A DNA stretch of 53,222 nt, the filler included, from Bipalium vagum (Eukaryota): the NCBI GenBank assembly GCA_037834085.1. It is 3 parts of 3 records of this genome, joined end to end, with 100 filler letters (N's around TTAATTAATTAA, not from the genome) between each part and the next. Parts side by side here need not be neighbours in the genome. Positions count along the whole stretch, not along the records: positions 1 to 17,844 come from JBBMKC010049105.1; 2 more parts are not named here. One strand, written 5' to 3'. This document shows positions 1 through 13,151 of the stretch, piece after piece. A program made the translations under genes and the position numbers. Position 1 is the stretch's first letter; every line of letters starts with the position of its first letter. Below the pieces are notes generated by a model. That model searched no databases and was not told where the DNA came from. It was given only the letters and a program-made list of their open reading frames with translations.

Positions 1-383
1 TATGAGAAAATATTAATATGTGAGTGGTTATATTTAGTAAGTTCTATAATATAAGAACTTTCCTAAAATAGCAAAAATCCACATATTACTCTATTAATGG
101 AAAGTTTTATTATCCACCAATCAAGAGATTAGGAATGTGAAAATCAGGAGTATATAAGCTCTTGGTTTTCTCATTCAAATCGCAATTAACTTCGCATTAG
201 ATAAGTTAAGTTTCACTTGGTCAGATAAAAAAAAGCAACTCCACACTTCTAAAACTTAACAATAACAATATATACACTATTTGCAAGAAGTATTCGTACG
301 ATCACTTCAATTATAAAATATTTCGATTTTTTAAAGCAGTTGTTATGTTAGGAAGATGTTAAGATTCAGCGGTATGGTGAAAA

Positions 384-560
384 TTGAGATGTGCAAACGA
401 CAGTTATTTAGAGACAAGAGGGTCAATAAACGTAGAGGTCACCGTTGGTCAAGATAGAATAATAGTAAGATTCATAGTTGTAGAAAGTGACACTCCTGAA
501 TTGATAGGTGAAATGGAGTTCCTTAAAAAATTCGGATATGTTTTGAAGAAACAATATGAA
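384..560 (+). mobile_element. LTR retrotransposon aspartic protease remnant
   Basis: CANDSYLETRGSINVEVTVG...FIVVE...LIGEMEFLKKFG resembles the C-terminal half of a retropepsin. Confidence 0.55.
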
Positions 561-1757
561 AGTGAAAACAACGAGGAGGAAGATTTTGGCAATATGCTGT
601 ATAATGTAGAAGGAAGATGTGGTGGAGCAATATAGAAAGGGGAACGGTCGAAAAGAGCATTGAAATAATTAAATGTTAAGGAAGATGTTAAATTACGAAA
701 GATAGTTGAGGTAAACGAAAACGGGTTCATGGCCGATAAATATAAATTTTTATTACGATTTTTACGCATTTCTTTCGTTAATAATTTTTTATATATTAAT
801 TTAATTTGAAAAGGTCATTTTATTAGGAGCCAATTTTGAAAAGGAAGATCAAGGCAGACCATGTGAAATATTATTTCTATGGACTCTTGATGATCCATGA
901 TTTGTCATTTAAATTGCCAGGTCAAAAGATGATTTTGTGGCAATTTTATGAAAAGTCGGCTGAAGTTTACTTTCCTTTTTTCAAGGCCGTATCCTTTTTA
1001 ATTTGGAAAATCTTTTCTACTATTTCTATAGATATTCCGGTTATTTTCGATATTTCCCCGGGGGTCCGATAACCTTTGTCAAAGAATATTGATCTAGGAG
1101 ATGTGTGTCTTCATTTTGAACAATTAATTTAAGAAAATTATCAATTATGAGTGCTTATGAGATGAAATTTAAAATTGGTATTTATTATTTAAAGTACTTA
1201 GTGATTTTAAAAATTAGTGACATTGAAATTTTTTAAACAGATATAATAATATGAAATTTTTTGCTACCAAACCGCCTCTTTTAATAGCAATAACTATATA
1301 CCATTTTTGTCAAGAAACAGTTGTAAAATTTTATTCGAACTTAAAATAATTTTAGCGTTTTCGTAATTCCGTTGAGGAAATCAACTTCACTAAAACGAGA
1401 AACACTGTGAAAATAAGAACTAAAAATCCAGAAAAGAAGAATTCGATTAGGTGAACATTCAACACAGTATTGAAATAATTTTTAACTTTAAAAATTTATT
1501 AATTGGTTATTTTATATTATTTGTTCATTATAATTAGCAAAAGATAATAAGATTTGCAATTTTAATTATTTTTATTTAATTTATTAATTATTGGTTTATA
1601 ATATTAATAAATTATTATTTATTTATTTTTATTTTCAAAATTATTATTATTATTATTACGTGGAATTCAAAAATCAGGAAATTATTTTCCAATCAAATTT
1701 ATCGAAACATTAAAAATTAGTTTAAATAATTATAAGTGTTACGAAAATATTTTTGTA

Positions 1758-2201
1758 ATGACAATTAAATTAGTCCTTAAGCCAAAGATGGTTGCAGAAA
1801 CAGTTTGTGAAAACTCTGAGAAATGTAACGTTAAAAACTGCACGAAGAATCAGGATATTTTTTGTGAAATTGAATTAAATGAGAACCCTGTCTACATACA
1901 ACCCTCTGCAGATACGCATGAGACGCTTAAGAGTGTCATAAGTGATGAAAAGGGTTTGAAGAATAAAGAAAATGAGGATTGGAATGAACCGCGGGAAGTG
2001 TTTAACATAGAAGCACTATCGATGCCTGGGAATACCAAGGAAAAATATAAACCTAAGAGATTCGCGGATACAGAAAATGATTTCGCTGGAGTAATGGCCA
2101 ACACCGAAAGGTACTATGATGAATTAACTACTTGGGACGTACTTTTGAACTCGTACCCCAGTAACATAACCGAGTTTCTGAGTAATTTTTGTTTTTATTA
2201 A
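1758..2201 (+). CDS. Hypothetical protein, possible first exon
   Basis: 147-aa ATG ORF with raised GC in AT-rich flanks. Possible donor at 2161 and in-phase acceptor at 2318. No family recognised. Confidence 0.35.
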   Translation: MTIKLVLKPKMVAETVCENSEKCNVKNCTKNQDIFCEIELNENPVYIQPSADTHETLKSVISDEKGLKNKENEDWNEPREVFNIEALSMPGNTKEKYKPKRFADTENDFAGVMANTERYYDELTTWDVLLNSYPSNITEFLSNFCFY

Positions 2202-2799
2202 ATCACTAAAATAAGAAAACTTTGTGACTTTTTATCATCTCTTTTTATTTTTCTTTTTTATTAATTAAAATTGTTTTTGGTTATATTTATCATTTATTTT
2301 TATTTTAAATAATTTTAGAAAATGTTACTTTTCTGCGGTTTGGGAAAGATTATTTTTACCTTTTCTTCACAATTGACTTAAACTATTAATTAATTAAGGT
2401 ACCTCTAATTTTATATTTAATAGAATTAAATAATGGAGAAAAATTGGATTTTTAAAGAACATTTAAATATACTAAAATGAAAACATTTTGATTGGATAAT
2501 AATTTGAAAAATCATTAATTGTCCTTAAATTTGATCTTTAAAATAGGATGTATGGTATTGTCAATTTCGTTAAAACTTTTTAAAAAGAGTTCGTTATATA
2601 TTTGGAGGGTCGTCGAGACAAATCCGGAAAAATTATGATCTTAATAAAAAGACCTAAATAGACAAAAAAATATAATTAATAAAACTTTGCACATAAATGA
2701 ATGAAGGTATAACTTTAGGGATTAGTCGATGTGGTCATCATTATTGAGAGCAAATTCTACTTCCGGAAAGATCTCGAGTCAGTCCGTTGTCCCTCTTTC

Positions 2800-2990
2800 G
2801 CGTAAAGTTATATTCATCAAATCACGTGCGGTCCTAAACTGTTTTTCTATTTAGCCATTTGTATTGTGATGATATGGACTCGAAAACCAGAGATTAGTAT
2901 TAACTCTCTTTGCAAAATCCTTCATGCCTTTTGAGTCATTTATGTTTTACCACGATATAAATTTATTGTTTTTTGGTTTGTCAAACTTCA
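2800..2990 (-). mobile_element. Retroviral-type integrase core remnant
   Basis: Minus strand reads FSSPYHHNTNG*IEKQFRT, resembling the S-x-Y-H-P-Q-T-N-G-x-x-E-R integrase motif, with stops. Confidence 0.5.
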
Positions 2991-5138
2991 GTGTCCAATT
3001 ATTCATAATTATTATTATTCATCTTTTTTTACCATCGCGGTCAAAGAAATATGATATATTTATCTATAATACTAAGGATATTTTTTCTTCCTGTAGTTTC
3101 TCTTAGTTCTGACAGTCTACTTTTTCTACCTTTTCATTAGTCCTCGTTGTAAAGAATTTATTTCTCTGACAATAACAACTTTTTCCTTCAAATTTGCAAT
3201 TGAGAAATCGTCTTTCATATCGTCTTTCATATCGTCTTTCCTTTTTTCAGCTCAAACGTATGCCAATAAATAACAGAACACTTTTTATGTTTTTATGTAG
3301 TAAAATACATTTCCAAAATATTTTGGTTTTTTCCTTTATTATATTATCAAAACCAATTAACTTTTTAAAATATTTATCCAATTTATGCATTAATTGCATT
3401 TCATTTGCTTTTCCAAATAAGGTAAATTTTACTAGACAAAGTCTAAAAGAAGTTTCACCTCCTATTTTCCTTTCCTCAAATTCTTTTTTTTCACTAATAT
3501 TCGGTTTTATTTTATTTGTAAAAATTTCAGATAATTCATAATCAAAATAATCTTTTATATATTTAAATTCTGGTTAAAGAAAAGTAGTATTTAAAAATAA
3601 TAAGATTTATATAATTGAGTCAATTTATTTTGATTTACATTTAAGAAGAATAAGAAATAATGCTAACATTTTAGTATTCTTCAAAATTAGAGAAATCTCA
3701 AATTAATGCAAAAATTATCAGTTCATTCTGTTTATTTATGCACTTTACAAATAATTAATAAAATAATTATTTGTTATAAATTTAGAAGAAAAAAATTTTA
3801 ATATAAATTTTGATCAAATGAATAAAAATTTTTATTTATATATTAATTAAATCTTATATATTTTTTAAAAAGTGAGTGATTTATAAATGACTTAAATTTA
3901 GATGAAAATTACTATCATCAAGATTTAACAATAAAAAATGTGAATATTTCAAAATTTCTTTAAGTCCTTCAACAGCAACAAATGTAAATAAAATGGAAAT
4001 TTGACAAGATATATTAGGTTGTAAACAAATAATTGGTGGTTTATGAAACTTAATTTTTGCAGTATGAATTAATAATAATATTAGATTTATTAGAAGCATT
4101 AACAGGTTTTGAAATTGTTATTCAAGATATAAAAGTAGATGAAAATTTAATGTTATAAAAATAATTTCACTCTTGTTTATTTTCCTATCCATTCTTAAAG
4201 TTAGATTCATCAGAAGTAAAAATAATGATGGAGAAATATTTGGATAGATTTCAGATAAACTTATTGAACATGAACGTAAATATAATAATAAAGAATTTAA
4301 AATGAGAAAAGATTTGTATAAAAATAATAAATTTATTGGTAAATGATCATTTAAATTAACTTTTGGATTTTTTTAAATTTTACAGCAGAGTTATTTATGA
4401 AAGGAGAATAGATAATGATAAAGAAATATTTTAAGAACCAAGAAGAGATGCAAAAATAAATTTAATTGATTTAAACCATTTATTCTTAAATTACAATTAA
4501 ATCATGAAAAGGAATTAAAAGTAATAGTAAAATAGATGATTGAAAATCTATAAATTAATACATTAACTTAATATACATTAACATTAATATATTAACTTAA
4601 TCAATACATTTTGGAGACTGCATAAGAAAACTTTTACAAAGAAATAAAACTCGGTTTGTTTGAATAATATAATTTCTGAAATCATAATTTTAATCGTTTT
4701 CTAAACAAATGATGACCAATAGATCAGGTATTAAAATGTCTGGTAATTATTAGTAAATTATCTGGTACAAAAGTCGGCTGGCAGAAGGTAAATAATTCCT
4801 GTTAATTTTAATAAATTCAATGATTTTAACAATCTTCTAAACAAATCCTTTGAAAATTCACACCAGTTGCGTAAGACTGTCATGAATAATGAGAGGACTT
4901 TGAATTGCACACAAAATGAAAATATGAGTGAACCATGGAAACTATTTTACAAAGAAGGGCAATCGATATCTCAGAGATCTGAGATGAAACAAAAAATTAA
5001 GAAATCAGAGTACACAGACAATGATTTCTTGGATTAAATGGCAACATCGAAAGGTGTAATGATATATCAGCCAAATGATTAATAAATCTATTAATTTTTT
5101 TATTTATATAATAAATGTGATATACGTCAATTATTAGC

Positions 5139-6250
5139 ATGGAATCATATTCTATAAAAGATCGGGTGGAAATAATAAAAACCTACTATCAAAATTCAAG
5201 CTCAATCAAAGAAACATTTCGGAAACTTCGTATCTTATTTGGTCAACACAATCGTCCTCATTTGATCAAGAAATTTGAGGAAACTGGTTCAGTACAAAAT
5301 ATTTCATCGCCTGTACGTGCCAGACCATGTCGTTCAGTTAAGAACATTGCCAATGTTCGAAAAAGTGTTTCTGAAAATCCAAGTGTCAATTCCACGCCGT
5401 TCGCAGCATTTAGGCATTTCCAAAACAACTTCGTGAAGAATTTTAAAAAATGATTTACAGTTAAACGCGTACCAGATACAATTGACACAGAAATTAAAAC
5501 CAGCGGATTATATGCAGCGTCGAGAATTTGTTGAGTGGGTGCTTAAAAACAATCGATAAAGATTTCTTGAAGAAAATCATTTTCAGCGATGAAGCCCATT
5601 CTTAAGAGGTATGTTAACAAACAAAAGTGTCACATCTGAGGCATTGAAAATCCTAAAGAAATCATCGAAAAGGCAATCTATCCAGAACTTGTTACTGTTT
5701 GATGTGGTCTGTTGGCCGGTGGCGTCATTGGACCTTACTTCTTTGAAAAGGAATATGACATGTACGGTAAACGGAAAACGCTATCGAACATAAGTGAATT
5801 TTTGTGGAAACAATTGACCGATATGGATTTGAACGACATGTGGTTCCAATAGGACGGTACCACATGTCACACAGCCAAGAAAACAATCATTTTAAAGAAA
5901 GAATTATTTCACGAAACAGTGAAATCAACTGGCCACCAAGATCATGCGATTTATCCCCACTTGATTATTTTCTTTGGGATTATGTGAAAAGTAATAATAA
6001 TCCGCAAACAATAGACGTGCTCAAAGCTGAGATTCGGCGTGTAATTCGAGAAATTGTTCCGAATTTATCGTAATTTTCGACAAAAGAATAACTTCCTGTA
6101 AAATTAATCGTGGTGGACATTTGGTCGATATTGTTTTTCATGTATAATTGCCAAGCATTGTAGTTTATGTTAAAATGAAAATTGACTTTGTTAATTAAAG
6201 TGCGTTTTATTTAAAATAAACATCCTAAGTACCTTATTGGATAACCTTGT
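5139..6250 (+). mobile_element. Decayed Tc1/mariner-superfamily element (rosa/DD41D-like)
   Basis: Fragmented transposase: YSIKDRVEIIKTYY...HNRP, IIFSDEAH, WF(Q)*DG, NWPPRSCDLSPLDYFLWDYVKS. TIR-like 3' end near 6250. Confidence 0.85.
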
Positions 6251-6426
6251 ACATCAGTGCCACCTAGTTATTTCGACAGATCTCATAAGTGACAAGCGGA
6301 GTTAAACAAGAAATAACAAACAAATAATTTTATTTAGAAAAGCACAAAATTTTAAGATTAAAACTAAGAAATACCGTCAAATAATAAATGATTTTATAAG
6401 AAAAGCTATGAAAGTGTATATTTATT

Positions 6427-9286
6427 TTAAAATTTATCCAGGATAACTTTCATATTTTGGATCAGATCACATTTTATCTCAACACCCACGGCGCATAAGT
6501 TATCTTTTCCCCAAACCAATTGGCCGGATTGGTCTACGACGAGGTTTTCTTCGATTTGCGCCCAAACTGTCATCTCATTTGTCTCTTTCAGGTGCGGGCA
6601 GACTGGGTCATACAGTTCGAACGTTACACCTGAGGCACAGGAACTGGTATTGTTTTTGTTTTTTACAAGTTGCAACGTTATCGGCGGGACCATATTAGAT
6701 TGTTTAGAACCACTCTCGGCTGTGGTATTGGAACCTTTATTGGATAATTGCTGCTGTCCACACAAAATACCCAACAATTTTGCGTCACTGTTTTCATGAG
6801 ACGGACGAATTGCAACGATACACAAGTCGTTTGGAGTCAAGGAATAGCAGCGATCGGCGGCTTTGAGAGAGAATTGTTTTGTTCCACATTGCAATAGAAT
6901 AGTGAACGATCCTCTTTCGAAAACAATCGATTCAACCAATGCAATTCTCAAATCCAATCTGTTAGGATTATAGGCTTTCTTGTTGATTTTCACTCTTTTC
7001 CTTTCCGCTGGATATGCCGATGTGAAAAGTCGACTGATAATGTCCACTGATTGGCATTCATCGCGGTTGACGACATTGATTGGATCCAGAAACATTTTCG
7101 TCAGATATTCACAGAGCGCCAATTTAACGTCACCAGGGTGCATCAGATCATTGGTCAGTTGATGGGAAATGTCTGCGATGCTGGTGAAGGATACATTGCC
7201 ACCGTTTTCTTCAGAACGAGTAACCTTAAAACCATGAAGGTCCCCTTTGTCACGGTTATTGTTTTGGAGACAAGGCCAGATTATTTTCTCGATAATAATC
7301 AATGAAGGATCTCGATCGAGTTGTTTCGGGTCAAAGAAGGCCTTCTTCATCTTTCGATTGACGACTTCAAGACTATCACACATCGAGATCGATGTTGTGT
7401 CCTTCGGAGCGGTCTTGGTGCCGATTCGCGGTGACTTCATGGTTCCTTCTCCGTTCAAAGCCAGAATCATATCGTGGGTCACCAACACTGGAACTCGTTT
7501 CTCCAAATGCAATCGGGAACCGACTTTAGCACCGAACGTTCGGAAATCTTCGACGTGGGGATAGTCGCCCATCAATCGGACAGTAGCTCGAAGGAACATT
7601 TGATCGAGAGCCTGGATGCACGGGTAGACAACGGAAGAGAGACTGGTGATGGTTTCCGATTGGTTACCGACAATTTTCGTTATCATCTCGTTGCACTCGC
7701 GTTCTGTCATCTTTGAGAACGTCTGATACATTAGCAGAGCGTAATCCCGAGACAGTTGGAACTCTGATCCAATCACGATCAATAAGTTGGCTCTATTTCC
7801 GTGGAAAAGTTTGGTAAAGGTGCGTTCAAATACCTCTCGGTAGAGCGCAGCGCGGTGCTTCAGAAGGTTCCAGGCGGGCCGGTTAAGATTGTGGTGGGAG
7901 TGTAAGTGAGCCCCGATGTCCTCGATCATGATCACGACCTTCCAATCGCTGTTCGACAGCTTGGCTAATCGTCTCAGCGGAACCAGGTATCCCACATGAG
8001 GCTCTCCACTGGCACGAACACTCCACAGCACGGTTGGTTGATGATCAACGATGCCCGGAAACTGGTCAATTGGCACTTTGGTGATATCCGGGAACTCGGA
8101 AACCAAAGCTTGGAGATGAACAGGAAAATCCATGATCGACTCGGTCGTTTCCTTAGATTCTGGAAGCGATTCGACCACGTCGCTCGGATACGCCTCTTGG
8201 TCCAAATTTGGCTTGCCAGCCAATCGGAACTCGTCGGCCAGGTTTGACATCAGCAAGCACAGGGCGTCTTCGAGAATCTTCTTCAGCATGTCTTCATCGA
8301 TAGACTTTGTTGCCAAGTCGCTCTCTATCTCCTCCACTGTCTCGTACTTGTCGAGCGACGCCAGTCCCAATTGTGTCTTTATCGGAAGGATGACGTGTTT
8401 GATAAAGGCTAACAGTCCATTGGTCTGTGCCGTTGGCTCAGAGCAGTTTGCGTGTCTCAACTTTTTCGCAACCGTTTCCTTATTATCCAGCAGATCGATT
8501 TTAGAGTTTTCTTCCGACGCACTCATCTTGCCTCCTGTCAAGCCGGGAATCATCGGGTTCATCAAATGGGCACGCTTGGCGAATCCCAAATTCGGAAGAT
8601 ACTGCCAAAAAATAAATCAATAAAAGCTACACAAAATAAATTGATCGAATACTTTTTCAGCATATGTGAATATCTTCCGCTGATCCACACCGCCAAATTG
8701 AGCATCGACCCCCAAGAATTCCTCGTCCAGAGCTTGCAGTAATGGATATATTATACCGGATATGTATGGATCGGACGTCTGTTTCACCACTTCACAACCA
8801 GCTTTGGCAGCATCGTGAGCCGTTGTTATGCCAATTATCTGGTACACGTTGGCCGTGTAATTCTCTTTCAGTTGGTGCTCTGTACCGCGAACAAAGTGGA
8901 GCTTGTCTAGGGGGACTTTCAAGGCTTTCAACATTCCCTTTATGAGGACCTCATAGTATTCCGTTCGTTTCTGTAACAATTCCCATGGGGCTTTCATGTT
9001 GTCCAAATAGGCATGCAAATTGGCGAATAAAATTGTCACGTCACATCCGGCTTTAAGAAGATCACCAATCTTGGTCATTGGCACAAAATACGCAATATGT
9101 GGTCGACCTGTGGGAGCCGTTCCCCAATAAACGTTAAATATACCAGTTTTCTCAAGACATTCTTTCAGTTTATCAACTCCAATAAATTCCTGGATTTAAT
9201 TATGAAACAAAGTCGGACAATTTTTTCAGAAATCTTACTTGTAAATTACGAATCACAATCGACAATCTTTCCTCATTATCTTGCAT
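6427..9286 (-). CDS. YARS1: Cytoplasmic tyrosyl-tRNA synthetase, double-length (two TyrRS units plus degenerate EMAP II-like tail); exons 9286-9239, 9189-8653, 8601-6427; ~919 aa
   Basis: Manual splicing gives [16 protein letters not shown]|EFIG...[18 protein letters not shown]...[12 protein letters not shown]...[32 protein letters not shown]|YLPNLG...[18 protein letters not shown], typical eukaryotic cytoplasmic TyrRS. Phase-0 GT-AG introns 9190-9238 (49 nt) and 8602-8652 (51 nt). A second TyrRS-like unit follows in frame. Confidence 0.95.
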
Positions 9287-10029
9287 AATAAATTTTTAAA
9301 TTGTATTCAGGCATATGATTATTTAAACAAATCTTCTGTACGTGTTCCTTATGTTAGAAATTCAATAATTAATCATTATTACAATTAACATTATTGTAAT
9401 TATCAATTAATACAATTCATTTTAAAGAAATTTATGCTCTTAATATTTTCTAATTTAAAGCATAATAAAGTTTTATTAATAAGATTCAGAAACAAAAGAT
9501 TTTATAGTTATCGTGAAATTTTACATTTACCAATAATTTAATTATTAATTTTTTTATTTTCGTACTTTTTAAAATAACTTTGATGTGTGAATAGAGAATA
9601 AAATGATATAAAATTAGGGTTAAAACAAACCTGATTTTTGGGGTACGAGAACGGTAAAAAAATCCGTATATTTCTTCGTGAAGGCATTCTCTCTCCTAAA
9701 ATCCATGGACATCCGAATTGAACCATTCTTCTTTTATCAGATACGATTTTTTTACTTCAGGGCATCTACACATTTCTTTGTGTAGATTGACATCTTCTTC
9801 AATTAAATATTGTCATTGTGATCTTAGTAAAAGAAAAACCTTTTATAAAGTTGTAAAAAGTGTATTAAAAATAAAAGTTTAAAAAATCGTTTTGTTTGCC
9901 TTATTTGTGATCAGTACACTACCTTAAGGAGTCAGATTAAGACAAGTTGTACACACCCTCACTCTGTCAAAACTTCTTGAAAAGGAAAATGTCTTTACAT
10001 TTTAGAAGTTAATTTTATAAAATTTCATT

Positions 10030-10410
10030 CACTTATTTTTATAGTTAGAATGATTGAAGAAAAAGCAGTAATTCAGGTACTGTTACGTCATTATTGGAAA
10101 AATGTCTATCAGCTGCAGCTGCGATTCGAGAAATTCGAGACGAGGAAGGCAAGGATGTGCTCAAGGAAAAACGGCTCAATGGTGGTTTTGTCGCTTTAAT
10201 CAGATATATATACCGGTCTTGATGATTAGGAACGTTCAGGTCGACCATCGGTGGTAAACAAGGAAGATTTTTGTGCCTTAGAAGAGCAGCAGCCCATTTC
10301 AAGCTGCCAGAGTGGCTCAAGCATTCTCAAAGCCCCATCGTTCGTCATCTGCATAACATGGATTTTGTAAATAAAAATCCACTCTGAGTTCCCCATGAAT
10401 TGATAGATAA
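10030..10410 (+). mobile_element. mariner transposase 5' fragment
   Basis: Broken frames give AVIQVLLRHYWK, AAAAIREI, QWWFCRF, ERSGRP, IVRHLHNMDFV and a (W)VPHEL remnant. Confidence 0.65.
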
Positions 10411-10652
10411 TTAAGTCAAAAATTCAGCTTATTTACATTTAAAAACTCCCCAATGGTCTTCCACCATCTGTCAAGAAGACAACGCTCATATCAATATCAA
10501 CAAAATCATTCACAGATATATCTTTAAATGTCTTTTTAAAATAAAAATACTTACACAAACTTCCAATTTTTAATAAAGGAATATATTGTGCCATTAAAAT
10601 TAAATGTCAAAATTCATTTCAATAAAAATTATTTTAAAATAAATACAAAAAA

Positions 10653-11662
10653 TTAATCCAAAAGTGAACAGAACCGAAAACGATGTCCGTGTTTCACACA
10701 TATTAAGCATAAATTCTTCAATGAACAGTTCATTCTTAAATGTTCACAAATACCACAACAAAAACACTGATTTAGTCGAAGCTGTTTGTCTCTTAGTGGT
10801 CGTAAATCTCTACATCTATTATAGAGCAATCTAGCAATTTGTTTCAAAGAAAATGTTGGAGGGCCTCTTCGTTCAACGGAAACTGTTTCATGTTTACTCG
10901 GTCTAACATCTCTGACATCACGGTGGTTAGCATCATCAGATTCTCTCATTCCACTTGCTATAATGATTCCATCATTCTGTTCTGATTGGTTTTGAGTCCA
11001 GGTATTCAAAGGCTTCAGTCGTCTTTGATATTGTTCACTCTGAACCATCTCTGCGCAACTCCGATGACGTACTGCGTTTACTTGCGCTATTACCTTTTCA
11101 ATAATTTTCTGTTCCCAATTCTCATAGAGCTTTGTCAAACTTCTGATATATTCTACTTTAATATATGATTTCTTCAAAAGTTTTTCTTTGAGTCCTTTGC
11201 TTCTTAATCTGTAACTATTTCTTCCCATGATAATCCAGAATACATTTCGTTGCTTAAGAGATTACAGATCCTAATCTCGAATGCTTCGTACCTCTCATCC
11301 ATGTTTTGCTTAACTTCTGCTAGCTCCATTACAATATTTAGAAAGTATTTTTCCACCATAAATGTTTCCTTAAACCAATTTATCGCTTCTTTTTTATCGT
11401 AGTTTTCTTTTTGAATTTCTTCACAATGTAGCAGGTTCTTCTGATAGTAAAAAATCAAGAACACCGATCAAACATAGATCATTTATGCTAAGACACTCGT
11501 CGATTACTTTTATCTAGCGCTCTGCATCTGACGAGCTCTGTTCATTAAATTTACAGATCTGTAAATTTAATAATTCTTGTGCTTGTTTTGGTAAAACATC
11601 CAGAAACTTTTTTCTTTCTTATCTTCGCATAACGATACTAATATTTTCGGTGTGGTCACCAG
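10653..11662 (-). mobile_element. Gypsy-like gag remnant with two CCHC knuckles and upstream PBS
   Basis: CFCCGICEHLRMNC and CLICVKHGHRFRFC; frameshifted upstream ORF 11204-11464; PBS-like TGGTGACCACACCG on the minus strand starting at ~11662. Confidence 0.7.
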
Positions 11663-11932
11663 TTATATCTTCTTTCATATTAATTAGTAAAACGGATTTC
11701 AGTTCCAAAAATATTAATTCAAACAAAACTATTATGAATTCCCTAATGGTTATATATGAAGAAGCAATTGTTGTGGAAAGTCTTGAAAAAGGATTGGAAG
11801 AAAACTTAAGAATGGAAACCTGACTACTTTAAATCCAACAATGAGAGAGAACAGTTACCACAACAAGAACTAAAACCAAAATAGACAAGGAACTGAAGTG
11901 AACTCATACGCAAAGCATAGAAATTAATTTTA

Positions 11933-13151
11933 TTAGGTATAGGCAAAAGTTTTAAACCATTTGTTTACTGTTATTTTACTAATCCAAATATTATCCAATA
12001 ACTGCCGCGAAATTTTACATTCGTAATTAATATATTAAATTTTATAAATATAATAATTTTATAAAAACCAAAATATCAGTCTTCTAAATAAGTGATGAAA
12101 AATTGTACATTCAGTGTTGCATAAGATATGAATTTGATCAAGGCAAAAATGCATCCCAGGCATTTAAATTAATATGTTCCGTTCTTGGTAATACATGTAG
12201 TACATGTAAACACTTGTATCGTCGATTCAGAGACAAAAATTTTGATGTTACCGATCGACTACGTAGTGATGCTCCATAGCTATTGGAATCAACCAAATTA
12301 GAAGAGCAGCTGAATGAAAATACATGCCAGGCGCAACCAGAGACAGTTACACGACATGGAAAAAATTCAGAAGGCTGGAAAGTGGATCTGCACGAACTTT
12401 TCGAAAGCAATATTTTATGCCGATAACAACATGCGCATCTCTTATTGCTAGACAAATAAAAAAGACTTTTATGGAAAATGGTCGCTGGAGATGAAAAATG
12501 AATTAATTACAATAATCCAAATTGTAAACATTTGTGGTTGGACCCTGGATTGCCAACTACTTAAGTTGTCAAAACAAATATTCACAATAAAAAAGTATTC
12601 GTTTGCATCTGGTGGGATATGAAATCACCCATTCATTATGACCTCCTCAAAGCTGGTGAAACCATTAATGCGAAACGTTATACCAAACAATTGTTGCATT
12701 TGGCTAAACAAATTGAGAAAAAAAGATCTTTATTCGGGCAAGGATTGCATAAGATTGTCCTGCTACATGACAATGCCAAACCGCATGTAGCGAAACATAC
12801 TGAGGAAAAAATTTTACAGTTAGGCTGGGAAGTTTTTCCCTATTCTCCAGACCTTTCTCCTATAGATTTTCATTTGTTTCGCTCAATGCTACATGAATTA
12901 GCTGGATGTCGTTTCAAAAATGTTGAACATATACGAGATTTTGTGAAGAATTATCTTGCATCAAAACCAATACCTTTCTATTTTTCCGGTATTTGGCAAT
13001 TACCTGAAAGATGGCAAAAAGTGATTTCCAATAATGGATATTATGTTGATGACTGATCTTTTGAATCCATGTGTATAAAAATAAATATATTACCTTTTTA
13101 ATAACATTTAATTTTTTTTAAAAATGGACTAAAACTTAGGCCTACACCTAA
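11933..13151 (+). mobile_element. Full-length inactivated mariner element (~1.22 kb)
   Basis: Imperfect TIRs TTAGGTATAGGCAAAAGTTTT / AAAACTTAGGCCTACACCTAA with TA on both sides. Motifs GDEK*I, LLHDNAKPH, PYSPDLSPIDFHLFRSM. Stops in the 5' half. Confidence 0.92.

Noticed and set aside
6980-9288. Plus-strand ORFs overlapping TyrRS
   Set aside because: Antisense shadows of a GC-richer coding region with no recognisable domains.
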